From the human T2T-CHM13v2.0 reference genome, Homo sapiens: DNA of 64,000 nucleotides. The stretch lies in NCBI RefSeq assembly GCF_009914755.1, contig NC_060941.1, one strand, 5' to 3'. Positions within the stretch are counted from its first letter, which is position 1; each line of letters starts with the position of its first letter. Shown in pieces: positions 21,482-34,442 of this stretch. The notes beneath the pieces were generated by a model. It saw only the letters and a program-made list of their open reading frames with translations, was not told the origin of the DNA and made no database searches. Both the position numbers and the translations under genes were made by a program.

Positions 21482-21926
21482 TCAGGAAAAGAAAAAAGAA
21501 ATTGTCTGATATTTATAGAATTTTCAAAGTGTGAGAAATAAAACTTCAGACATAATTCGTGCTTCATACTATATTGAATTAGATGATTTTAAAGTCTCCC
21601 GTATTTACCACTGTATTTTTGTCTGCGTATATAAGTTCCATGCACCTATACTATGGCTAACAATATTTTACTTTGACTAAAATTTGTTACACAATACTTA
21701 ATTATTAGTGTTACTTATTATTGAAAGACATTAGTTGAAATTTCTTTCAGCCTGATTTCATCCATTTTCTGCCAAGAGGCAATTGTAAATTATTGGATTG
21801 ACTCTTCTACATATTGTTTGTAGTTGTTAAGAAAGTACTTACTGGTAGAAGTTGAATTTTTTGTTGCCCTTATTCTCCATTGTCTGTTTAGCGAATTTTT
21901 CTCTGCAATGGCTCACTTAACCATTA

Positions 21927-22281
<355 letters not shown>

Positions 22282-22789
22282 TCAAAAAAAAAAAAATCCT
22301 ATTTTCCCCCTAGGTCAAAGCCAGTGATATGTAAAGCTAGCATAGAGCAAAAGAGTCTGAGAACCATGATGTTGACCTGTCTTATTAGAATGGTTTGATT
22401 TGCAGGTGACACAAAGCAGAAGATGTGTCAGAAGTTAAGTCTCTGCATTACTGCTTTGGGGTGTAATTTAATTTTTAGAAGGATTTTTACTTAGCTGTAG
22501 ACTGATTTTTCTGGGGTCTCGTGGCCCCTTGCCATTCACAACATGCACTGCAACATGTTGCTATGTAGAATGCACCGGATTCTTGCCGTCCATTTGGCTC
22601 CGGGCTGTCTCTCGTCTCTTGTGCCAGATTTGCACATCTGGTCCAGAGCAGGAGTTAAGGATTGCTCTAGTAAGTGGATTAGTAGCTTTTCCTAATTACC
22701 AGATCTCACAACTAGAGTTGCGGCTGCCAGAATTGGTCGTTCACAGTTAACAATTACCTAGATGATGATGAAGTACATGGATCTAGTCA

Positions 22790-23000
22790 TAAAAGCCTCG
22801 GTTCAAGCAGATGTCCTGCTTCCCAGCTGTGTGATTTGAGCCAGTTACGTGGTTCCTCTAACCCAGCGTTCTCACCTGTTAAAGGGTATGATAATAGTGT
22901 CTACATCCTAGGGCTGGCAGGCACTGTAGCAATGCACGTACCTGCACTCTCCTGAATGCAGTACCTGAAGCAGGGTGAGCACTCAAGAAAGGGTAGCTGT
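22790..23000. mobile_element. MIR element (approximate)
   Basis: MIR-core-like: cccagctgtgtgatttgagccagtta...ctcacctgttaaaggg..ataatagtgtctacatcctaggg. Confidence 0.65.
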
Positions 23001-23189
23001 AATTCATACGTATTACAGGGCTTGATTGTTAAATATTCTGTGCTTCATGGACTCTCAGAATCCGGGGATCACAAGACTGTACTGTTACATTATGTACTGC
23101 TAAAAGGAAGTGATGGTAAGACATTAATTTACATGTTAAAATGTGAAAAAAATGTGGATCTTAGAATAGGTAAACTAAGGTAAGTCACA

Positions 23190-23440
23190 TTTTTAAAAAT
23201 TGTGGTAAAATACTACCTAACATGAAATTTACATTTGAGCAGTTTTAAGCATACAGTTCAGTGACATTAAGTCCATTAACGTTGGCGTAAGCCATCATCA
23301 CCATCCATCTTCAGAACTTTTTCATCATCCCAAACCGAAACTCTTGAGCCTATTAAACACTACTCCATTCCCCACTCCCGCCATTCTCTGGTGACCCCTC
23401 TTCTACTTTCTGTCCCTGGGAATTTGTCTGTTAGGTACCT
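23190..23440 (-). mobile_element. L1M 3'-end fragment (a similar one lies at ~47290-47600)
   Basis: tacagttcagtgacattaagt..catcaccatccatcttcagaacttttcatc..ttctactttctgtc. Confidence 0.65.
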
Positions 23441-25176
23441 CTTAAGATTTAGCTACATTTTTATAGAAATTGAATCTATGTGATCAGCAAGATCAGATGA
23501 CCACATCCTTTTCAACAAAGTTCTTAAGCAGATATGATCTCAGCAGGGGATTTTCTAGTTTAGTGGTTTTGGAGATGATAGAAGAGAGGGAGGAAGTCGG
23601 AGGGAGTGTAGCAGGGGCTTATGTATTTTTATGGTACTCTTCTGTTTTTGAATGTTTACATCTTTATTCTCTTGAATAATATAATTCATGAAGCAGGTAA
23701 AGATACAGCTTTTGTTCTATTTCTTTCCAGCCACTTAGCCCCAATACTATTTCCTGAGCAACTCATCTTTTTCTATTGATTTTAAAAAAGGTCCACTGCA
23801 GAATTTTAGACTGTTCCTTCACAAGATGCATTGTCAGAGATGAGCAGTTTTCCTTTGCTATTTTGTGTGACGCTTTGTAAATTCAGAGATAATGGAAAAG
23901 CCAAAATGTAAACACAAAAATTTCACTGTCAATAATCTGGCTCTTTTTCTATGTAAATAAGGTCTCTCAATTTTTCTCTCCATAGGAAGAACTAAACAGT
24001 TCTATTTAACCTTTTTAATTTTATGCTAAATTTATTTTACGCTAATGGCACAACCACCTCTCATTTAGTTGTGCCAGTTAAGAGTAATATTGGCAGAAGT
24101 AAATTAAATCAGTGTGTAATGTGCCCGTTTGAGTTAGGACCTTGGAAAACGCAGCAGGAATGCGAACTCAGCAGTTGGAGAAGGCAGAGACAGGGTGGCA
24201 GGTGGGAAGCCCTCCCAGCCGTGGGTACCATTTTTGTTTTCAGGGCACTCTAGGAAAGTTTTTTGAGTTGCCTTTGTGTGCTGCAAGTACCCTTGGTGAG
24301 CTGCCCACATGAGGTTGACTTCTGCCTTTTAGAGCCAATCACTAAGGCAAAGTCAAATTCCATAAATCTGTTATTTCACAAAATGAGGCATATTTTACAG
24401 TTTTAACATTCTTCAGCTCCATCAACATTTGTGTAAAGAGTGATGGCAAATACATGCTCTTATGGTGGCATTTCTTATTTTCTGCTTGAGACACGCTCAT
24501 TTCCCCCCCTTTACTTTTAATCTTCCTGTTTCCTTGACACACCTGCTTCCGAACCCCATTGTCATCTCTCCCCGCTGTGACAGTTCACCAGCACTTCATG
24601 GTACTGGAGACTCTTTCAACTTGCCTTTTCCACCAACTGTCAGTTGCAAAATAAGGTTGCTTTGTTTGGGAGGGAGAGGGTGGAATCCTTTCTGAATGTC
24701 TCCTGTTCCTTTGAAGCAGGAGCACTTCAGAGACAACTGAACTGCTTTTAGGTTTTTCTTACCACCCAGCTTTTTCTTCTGATTGATCCTGCCGTGAACA
24801 CACGGTTCTGTTGATGACATCGATTTGTTGCTATGGAAATAGTGGTAATGTCACAGATTCAACCCAGTGACTTTACTGCAGGTTGTTGCAGGAGAAATGG
24901 GCAAGGCTTTAGGGGAGAACCTCATTAACACTGAAGGCTATCAATTCTAAGCAGGTGAAAGGTAGATGGAGCCAACCTTTTGTGTAATGAAAACAAAAAG
25001 TGAACCCCTAGCAAATTCACCGAGTGCCATGGAATGCCTCAGCACGAATTCTAATCCATGGGAGTCTTTGACAAAATAAAAAATTTACACTTTCCCAGAG
25101 CATTCCTTCTACCCAAGTTTAAATCTCTTAACCCAAATCCTTTGCACTAAAACGGGGTTTCCCTTTTGATCTTCAG

Positions 25177-25269
25177 GACTCGGGCAGCCGCAAGTAGCTC
25201 CTCCAGCGCCAGCAGCCAGCCCAGCAGCAAGCAGCAGGCCCCAGCCGCAGAATGGAAGCTCGGGAATGG
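25177..25269 (+). CDS. RPA1: RPA1 exon 6 (93 bp), flexible linker: [30 protein letters not shown]
   Basis: cttcag| acceptor, ATGG|gtgaga donor; phase 1-1. Confidence 0.96.
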
Positions 25270-26734
25270 GTGAGATGCCTCACGGGGCGTGCGCTGACCA
25301 GGGGTGTCAGACTTCGGAATCATGTTTTGAAGTTGAATCTGGGACTAAAGGGAGTTTTCCAAATGCCATTCATTACAGGGTTGTGTCTTGGAAAGAATAA
25401 TTCTGATTCATATTTTAGAGTATGTGATTGAAAAAATAATTAAAGATTGTCTTTTTTTTTTTTTTTTTTTTGGAAGTAGGGTCTTGCTCTGTCAGCGGGG
25501 CTGGAGTGCAGTGGAAGCATCACAGCTCGTTGCAGCCTTAACCTCCCAAGTAGCTGGTACTATGGGCGCATGCCACCATGCCTGGCTAATTTTTTTGTAG
25601 AAATGGTGTCTTACTATGTTGCCCTGGCTGGTCTCAAACTGCCCTGGCCTCAAGCAGTCCTCCGTCCTTGGCCTCCCAAAGTGCTGGGATTATAAGTGTG
25701 AGCCAGGGTGTCCAGCCAAAGATAATCTTAAAGATACTTAACAGCCAGACTTTTAAAAAAGATCAAATTGATACATTCTTCTCTGTTAGTAGTTGACCAA
25801 GTAGTTTCTTCGTTTCCCACATCATCAGGTTTTACACCCTCTGACTTTGCATTCCTTTTAAGTTCTTGCCTTTTAACTATCCAGGACCCACTTACTAAGT
25901 TTGGCTCATCTCTCTCCGAGTTTCCTATTTTGGGCCTCGTGGGTGTTTATCGTTTGCTTGAAGACAGTATTACTTATATTGGTCATAGGTTCTCCTTCTC
26001 AATTTCATGGATGAGAAATGGTTTCTTCATTTACTTTTCTCTGCAGCAGGTCCTAAGAGGCATTAATGGAATCATTTTGTTTACTTTCTGGCCTTTACTT
26101 TAGGAACCTCTTGATCTGGGAAGTCACCGTTGAAAATTTGGATTTGTAGAATGTGGTTGGATTTATTTTTAGAGGTCCTTTTTTCTGTCACGGCTTCACA
26201 TACACCTCCTCTCCTCCCCTCAACTATTAGTTTCTATTTTTCAGTGCTAAGATTCTGAGAAAAGCAAGGTTAAGATGTCACTGATGTTTCTGTGAAACTC
26301 TCAGGACTTTCCCCCTTGCCCTTTGTTGTTTTTAATCTACCTTGCACGATCCGTCTACCTCTCTCGCTCTTGCACGTTCTCTCTCTTGCTCTGTCTCTCC
26401 TTTTATAAGAGGATCTATTTATACACAACTCAAAAATTACATGCTGTTGGCCAGGCTTGGTGGCTCACGCTTATAATCCCAGCACTCTGGGAGGCCGAGG
26501 TGGACGGATCACTTGAGGTCAGGAGTTCGAGACTAGCTAGCCTGGCCAACATGGTGAAAACCCATCTCTACTAAAAGTACAAAAATTAATCGGGCATGGT
26601 GGTGTGCACCTGTAGTCCCAGCTACTCGAGAGGCTGAGGCATGAGAATCATTTGAACCCAGGAGGCGTAGGTTGCAGTGAGCCAAGTTTGCGCCAGTGCC
26701 CTCTAGCCTGGACAACAAAGTGAGACTCTGTCTC

Positions 26735-26737
26735 AAA

Positions 26738-26806
<69 letters not shown>
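26735..26806. repeat. Compound microsatellite A(n)(TA)n(CA)n at an Alu tail
   Basis: Read directly from sequence. Confidence 0.95.
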
Positions 26807-26808
<2 letters not shown>

Positions 26809-28362
26809 TTGAAGAGAGTGGTGAAATAGACTCTCTAAAGTGGTAAATAATCATTTCCTTAGGCTTATATACAAATAGTACGTTATTCCTCTCCCTCCCT
26901 CCACAGAATTATTTTTCTGGTTGTCTATCTTTGCCTTATGTTAAAATATATTTTTAAAAATCTGGGCTGGGCACAGTGGCTCACACCTGTAATCCCAGCA
27001 CTTTGGGAGGCCAGGGCAGGAGGATTGCTTGAGCCCAGCAGTTTGACACCAGCCAAACATAGTGAGACCCGATCCCTCTAAAAAAATCTTTTTAAGAATC
27101 AGCTGGGCGTGGTGGTGCACACCTATAGTCCCAGCTACTCAAGAAGCTGAAGTGGGAGGATCGTTTGAGCTCAGGAGTTTGAGGCTGCAGCGAGCTAAGA
27201 TCGTGCCACCTGCACTCCAGCCTGGGGGACAGAGCAAGACCTTGTCTCAAAAAAATGAAAATCAGTTAATGTTCCCTAAACTATGTAGTGAAAGGAAATG
27301 AACTGGATGTGTACTGAGGAGAAGCTACCCAGCATGAAATAGATTGGATGAATGGATGCTTGTGTGTGTTTTATAAAATTATATATTATGTATGGGTATA
27401 CACATGTATTCTACAAAGTACCTGTGTGTCCTTACACGATCTTGAGGTAATTACTATTGTGTGTGTATTGATCTCTCTCGACTCCCCAGTTAGAAAATTT
27501 CAACACAGAAACACTCCTATGTATATTTTTTACTAATTACTACGAATGCCTAGAAGGGTGTGGCACATGCCGTGGAAACCCAGTAAATAAATACTGGATA
27601 GATGGTGTATTGATATTTTTAGCCAAATTCTATTCTGAAGAAATGTTTTGATGTAGAGGGTATGAAATCACTGAACTAAATTATATTTTCTGAATTTGGA
27701 CGTTGAGTTTTGCAGATACATGGTGCGTATAAAAGAACTCACCTGATTCCCTGTTCTTTCCCAGCGCAGGGCAGCTGCTTAGGTTTGGATTAAGGAGGCG
27801 GAAGGGTCTTAGTGGTCACCCACTTAACATATCTTGACCAAAAACTGATTCCTGCCCTTTGCACCCGACGAAACTCATTCTTACAGACTTCATTCTAGAC
27901 TTGCTAGTCCTTCAGACGCATTGAGATCTGGGAGTTGTCTGGGGATTTGGAGGCGATCTATTTGTGATAGGTCCCTTACATCCTGTCTTTCTTCATGTGA
28001 CTAGTGCCTTGCCGTCAGTTTTACCAGTTACAAAAGTTGATTTTCTTTTTCTCACCCATTATCTTGCCCGTTGAGGCAAGAGAAGTGTTTAAGAGGGCGG
28101 CCTTCAGAAACAGCAGTGTCTGGATTCGTCACCATTATTACTTTGACCTCGGGGCTGACATCAGCAAACATAGCAGTGAGCTGCTGTGTGCGCAGCCTTC
28201 ATCCTAGATTGCTTTTGTAGCCTCCAGCCTCAGTCTCTATTTGATCTGCGTATCTCTTGCATATAAAAAGGAAAAGCTTTGCCTCTCATGTTATATGATT
28301 TCACTAGTGGCACCTCCAAAATTTAGAGTTATTGTAAAGCTTACTATAAAAAAGCTAAGTAG

Positions 28363-28536
<174 letters not shown>

Positions 28537-29077
28537 TGAGTTGTTGCATAGAGTAAGTTCAGAGTGTACTTATGAAATCGGAGAAGCTATTATGGACTCT
28601 TGAGTTATTTATGCGTGAACTTCAGGGTCACCACCAAATACCACCAAATAGAATGGGTTTACTCTTTTTTTTTTTTTTTTTTGCTGAGGAGGAAAGGGGT
28701 ACAAATTGTGGCAAACTTTTAACTCTTGTTGGAAAATATAGTAACAATAGCAATCTGCCATAGCCTGTGGGGTTTCATTCATTTTGAAAGAATTTGAAAT
28801 TAAAAATACTTAATGCTTAATCAGTTGATAGTCTTATGAGTAAAAATAAATATTTCTGATAATTCAAAAGGCATTTAATCTTCTCCTATAAACAGGTGAC
28901 TTCGTCTTTGGTTTAGTTGGCTAAAATAATCTGCACTATTTGTATTAAACACATGAACATACCCTGAACATAAATTTCTTTTATATGACTTTTTTCCACC
29001 AAAAATTAATTTGAAGCCGGGCGCGGTGGCTCATGCCCGTAATCCCCGCACTTTAGGAGGCTGAGGCGGGTGGATCA

Positions 29078-29296
<219 letters not shown>

Positions 29297-29953
29297 TCAA
29301 GATAAATAAACAAAATAAAGTAATTTGAATAGTTAAAAATTAGAGTTCTTTTTTCAGAATCCTTCCAGATATGTTTATATTTATTCTTCAATACTCTGTA
29401 ACGTAGGAAAGATATTTTTCCCTGTGAAATTATAAGTGGGGTACCTAATGTGCCCTGTGCCTCCTTTTTCCATGCTTCTCTCTAAGGTCATGCTGCTTCA
29501 GTGTGTTCTTCCTGATGGTCCACCAACATCGTGTATTCTATTCAGGGTGTGTTACGAATGAGACAGAAGTGTAACACCAGTTATATCAGTTCCCATAATT
29601 GAAAACTGTGGCAAAATATAATTGCTGGTGTTACTGTATTTTCCAGCTTAGAACCTTTCATTAAGGGGATATGGTTGCCTTGGTGATGCTTTTTGGAGAA
29701 GGGAGAGAGTTTATAAATTTACTTATTTGACAGGAGAATGAGTTAGTATTAAATCACTTTGCATGTTTTACTATTTGCTTATTCTGTAAACTGTCAAACC
29801 CATGTGTCATCTTGGGGTTTTAATTAGCTGGATTAAAATACAGGTTGGAAAACGGAATATGCGTAAGACGAGAAAGGCTGTAGGAAGATGATTTCTTACT
29901 TGATCTTTTCCAAGGAAGACCCCATACACTAATATGATCGATTTGGTTTGTAG

Positions 29954-30056
29954 GTGGACCATTTGTGCTCGTGTTACCAACAAAAGTCAGATCCGTACCT
30001 GGAGCAACTCCCGAGGGGAAGGGAAGCTTTTCTCCCTAGAACTGGTTGACGAAAGT
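29954..30056 (+). CDS. RPA1: RPA1 exon 8 (103 bp), DBD-A: [34 protein letters not shown]
   Basis: tttgtag| acceptor, AGT|gtgagt donor. Confidence 0.97.
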
Positions 30057-30081
30057 GTGAGTGTTTGTCATGCTGGGGAGT

Positions 30082-30211
30082 GAGGGCAGTGGGCTCGCCG
30101 GGAAACAGAAGGCTCAGCTCTGCGGAGGGCAGTGGGCTCGCTGGGAAACAGAAGGCTCAGCTCTGCGGAGGGCAGTGGGCTCGCCGAGAAACAGAAGGCT
30201 CAGCTCTGCGG
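30082..30211. repeat. 43-bp tandem repeat x3 in intron 8
   Basis: gggcagtgggctcgc at 30084, 30127, 30170. Confidence 0.93.
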
Positions 30212-30659
30212 GCCTATGAGGTGAAGAATAATAGTAGGCCAGAGAGAAGCATGATTGTTATTGTGCTTTTCCCTCTGTCATAGTCTTTTGATGCTGTCTG
30301 GAGTAGAGGGTTAAGGTCATAAATAAAATCTTTGATCTTAAATGACAGCGTTTGTAGCAGTAGAAAGTAGTTTTCTAAATATATAAGTAGCCTCCTGGGC
30401 AGGAGAAGCTGGAAACAGTCTGATTTGCTGGCAGGTGTACTGGAAGCACTGGGAGGTGATGCCTGCTTGTGAGCGCCGTGGAGCTTTGGGACACAGCAGA
30501 AGGCACACAGTTGTGACCTCGATATGGGAGTGGTTTTGTGGGAAATGGGTTCTGACTGTGCAGATTCTCTATTTGCTTTATTTAAACTAAACAAAACCAT
30601 GACGATGAGACAAAATTCCTATGCCATGGAAGTACGACAGTCTTGATAGCTGTTAATCA

Positions 30660-30803
<144 letters not shown>

Positions 30804-31627
30804 TTATACTAAAAATACAAAAATTAGCTGGGTATGGTGGCAGGTGCCTGTAGTCCCAGCTACTTGGGAGGCTGAGGCAGGAGAATCAATCGCCTGAACC
30901 AAGGAGGTGGAGGTTGGAGCCAGCCAAGATTGCACCACTGCACTCCAGCCTGGGCGACAGAGTGAGACTCCATCTCAAAAATAATAATAATTCCTAAAAT
31001 GTACTTCAGCATTCTTTTCAAAGTGCTGCAGATTTCCTGTTTGTTCAGACTCCCAAATAGGGAGAAAAAAATAGATGTTTTTTTTGGAAGTTGATATAAC
31101 ACCCAAAATGTTTGTGTGATGGCAGAATCAATATTAGAACCTAATTTTTTTTTAGAAATTATTGCTCTAATGTATGGTGGTTGGCTAAAATTTCTTGTCC
31201 ACTTGTAAATTTTGGCTGACAGAAAAGCAAAAGTGAAAATCAGATCACAAGCAACTTGCAAACATGACTTACTCTGACATTTTTGGCAATGGCTCCGAAT
31301 GTGAAGTGGTTTGTCACTGAGAGGGCACTGTGGAGGGAGCCGGTGAATCACCCCGTGGCAGCACCTTCCTCGTGGGCTCTGGGCGTGTCCCTCAGTATTC
31401 AACTTTTTTTGTTTTTATTGTCAGAATAAATTAAACTCGTCATTGCCGTTTTGTTCTGTTCTGTTTCTCAGTTGAGGCTAATGCAGCATGATTATGGGAT
31501 CGGCTAGCTGAAATTCTCATTCTTCAGCGGGGCCAGTGACTTCAGTGTGTGACTGTAAAATGCGGGTTCCTGGGATGTCCGTAGCCCTCTCTGGACCCTG
31601 TTTGTGCAAGGGCCACTGCTCTCAAGA

Positions 31628-31703
31628 TGTCACTTTGGTGCTAGGGTGGCCTGTGTTCTATCCCAGTGTCACTTGGGTGCTGGGGTGGCCTGTGTTCAAT
31701 CCC
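31628..31703. repeat. 39-bp tandem duplication just upstream of the exon 9 branch point
   Basis: tgtcactt..ggtgct..gggtggcctgtgttc at 31628 and 31667. Confidence 0.85.
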
Positions 31704-31713
31704 GCAGCCCTAA

Positions 31714-31815
<102 letters not shown>

Positions 31816-31899
31816 TGACTTTAGAACTGACACCGCCTGGGGGTGGAGTGCGGATGAAAAGACGCTGGCCCAGGGGAGGGGTGTGTGGTGGCAGACTAG

Positions 31900-32181
<282 letters not shown>

Positions 32182-32301
32182 TGACTAGCTTTCTTTGCAG
32201 TGTACGGGGTGGTGTCAGGCTTCAGTGCTTGCCGTTCATCATTTGCTGGCGTCGGAATGGGAGTCTTGACCACCTCCTGCTAACACGTGCATGTGTTTTA
32301 G

Positions 32302-32441
32302 ACATCATCGGGATCTGCAAGAGCTATGAAGACGCCACTAAAATCACAGTGAGGTCTAACAACAGAGAAGTTGCCAAGAGGAATATCTACTTGATGGACA
32401 CATCCGGGAAGGTGGTGACTGCTACACTGTGGGGGGAAGAT
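32302..32441 (+). CDS. RPA1: RPA1 exon 11 (140 bp), DBD-B: [17 protein letters not shown]...TATLWGED
   Basis: Inside ORF 32181..32711; ttttag| acceptor, GAT|gtaagt donor. Confidence 0.97.
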
Positions 32442-32449
32442 GTAAGTGC

Positions 32450-32980
32450 TGGGATGGGGTCTTCAACACGCACAGGACCTCCTGGGGTTGGGGCGTGGTC
32501 TTGTCCTATAGGATGGGGCCTTCAGCACACACAGGAGGAGCTCCTGGAGTTGGGGGAGGGAGTGGTCTTATCCTATAGGATGGGGCCTTCAGCACACACA
32601 GGAGGAGCTCCAGGAGTTGGCGGAGGGGGCATCTTGTCCTATAGGATGGGGCCTTCAGCACACACAGGAGGAGCTCCTGGAGTTGAGGGAGGGAGGGGTC
32701 TTGTCCTATAGGATGGGGCCTTCAGCACACACAGGAGGAGCTCCTGGAGCTGGCGGAGGGGGCGTCTGTTCCTATAGGATGGGGCCTTCAGCACACACAG
32801 GAGGAGCTCCTGGGGTTGGGGGAGGGAGGGGTCTTGTCCTATAGGATGGGGCCTTCAGCACACACAGGAGGAGCTCCTGGGGTTGGCGGAGGGGGCGTCT
32901 TGTCCTATAGGATGGGGCTGTTAGCACACACAGGAGGAGCTCCTCGTGGGGGCGGTTTTGTCCTATGAGTTGGGGGCTTT
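32450..32980. repeat. G-rich VNTR, ~8 units alternating 67/66 bp, in intron 11
   Basis: tcctatagga at 32504, 32571, 32637, 32704, 32770, 32837, 32903; degenerate copy at 32961. Confidence 0.95.
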
Positions 32981-33203
32981 CACCATGTAGATGGGAAGGA
33001 TTGTGCTGTCTGGTAAGTATTTAAAATCCTTTATCTTACTTCTGTGAGATTTGCTGTGATTCAAGCTTTACGCGGGGAAATGCTCTTTCCCCTAACTCTA
33101 GGAAAGCAGTGATAGTTTTGATGTGTCTCTGAGTAGATTCTCATGTGTGAGGTCTGTCTTGTATGGATTCCATGTACGCTGATTACATTCACTCTACTAT
33201 TGA

Positions 33204-33434
<231 letters not shown>

Positions 33435-34385
33435 TAGGTTTTGTGGGGCTAAACAAAGGGTTACTTGAGGCTGGGCTTTGAGAAAAGCTGGTTACAATCA
33501 GCATGGGAGCTTTCTGCCAAGCAGAAGCCTTCGTCCCTGAGTGGTGCAGCTTCCGTGTTTCTTGAAGGCATTATGCCTTCTGTGAGGAGGGCTTTAAAGC
33601 CCTTAAACGGACAAACCTGTAATCCCAGGACAAACCTAGAGAGTCGGAGGAGGCAATTAGCATGTAAGTGCTGCCTGCTGACCTCGATCCTGCCAAAGGA
33701 GGGGACGGCCAGGCTTCAGCAGCGGTGTGCTGAAGGCGCCTTTCTTTCCAGGGTTTAGGCTCTGGGCCTCTGTGGCGTGGGGGAACACATGCTTTCTTTC
33801 TCTGTCAAGTCTTTGGTGCCGATCACATCTTCTAGTGTGTATTCACTAGACTCTGATCAAGTGTGGTGAGAACAATGGGCTTTTTGTTAGGATTAGATTG
33901 TTATTCCCAAAGCACTCAAGGGATGAGGAGAGCCTGTTAAAATCTCCTCACTGTATCTAGCTTTTTAGGACATTCAAACTCTGTCTTAAAAGAGTACTTC
34001 AAACTGAGACACAGGATGCAAGAATTGATGTGGTCAGGGAAAACACTTTCACCCAAGCTTCAATAATTCCCATAGCTGTAGTCTATGGGGGGGAAGTGTG
34101 TCAGTTTCCAGCTGTGTCTTAGGATTTAAGCAGCTAAAGAATGAGCTCATTTTACATACTCCTCCTTTGTTTTGAGTCATTTAAACCAATGGCACTGGTG
34201 TTTGACCAGTTTCATGAAGCATTTTCTGGAATGTTCATGTCACTGAGCCATCCTCATGAGTAGTACGGTCCACACGTATCTGCCGAACTGCAGGGCCCGT
34301 TCATAGTCTGACCAGAACTAGCCACAGATTTGCTTTTTTCTTATTGCTTGATTTTCTTTTAGGCTCTGGAGTTCGACTCCAGGTT

Positions 34386-34442
34386 AATTGCATTCCCACA
34401 TTAAAATCGCATTCCCACATTAAAATTGCATTCCCACATTAA
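34386..34442. repeat. 19-bp tandem repeat x3 (AATTGCATTCCCACATTAA)
   Basis: cattcccaca at 34391, 34410, 34429. Confidence 0.92.

Noticed and set aside
32450-32980. Regular repeats with internal palindromes resembling a CRISPR array (also 38688-38937 and 30082-30211)
   Set aside because: No unique spacers, no cas genes, primate intron; these are minisatellites.
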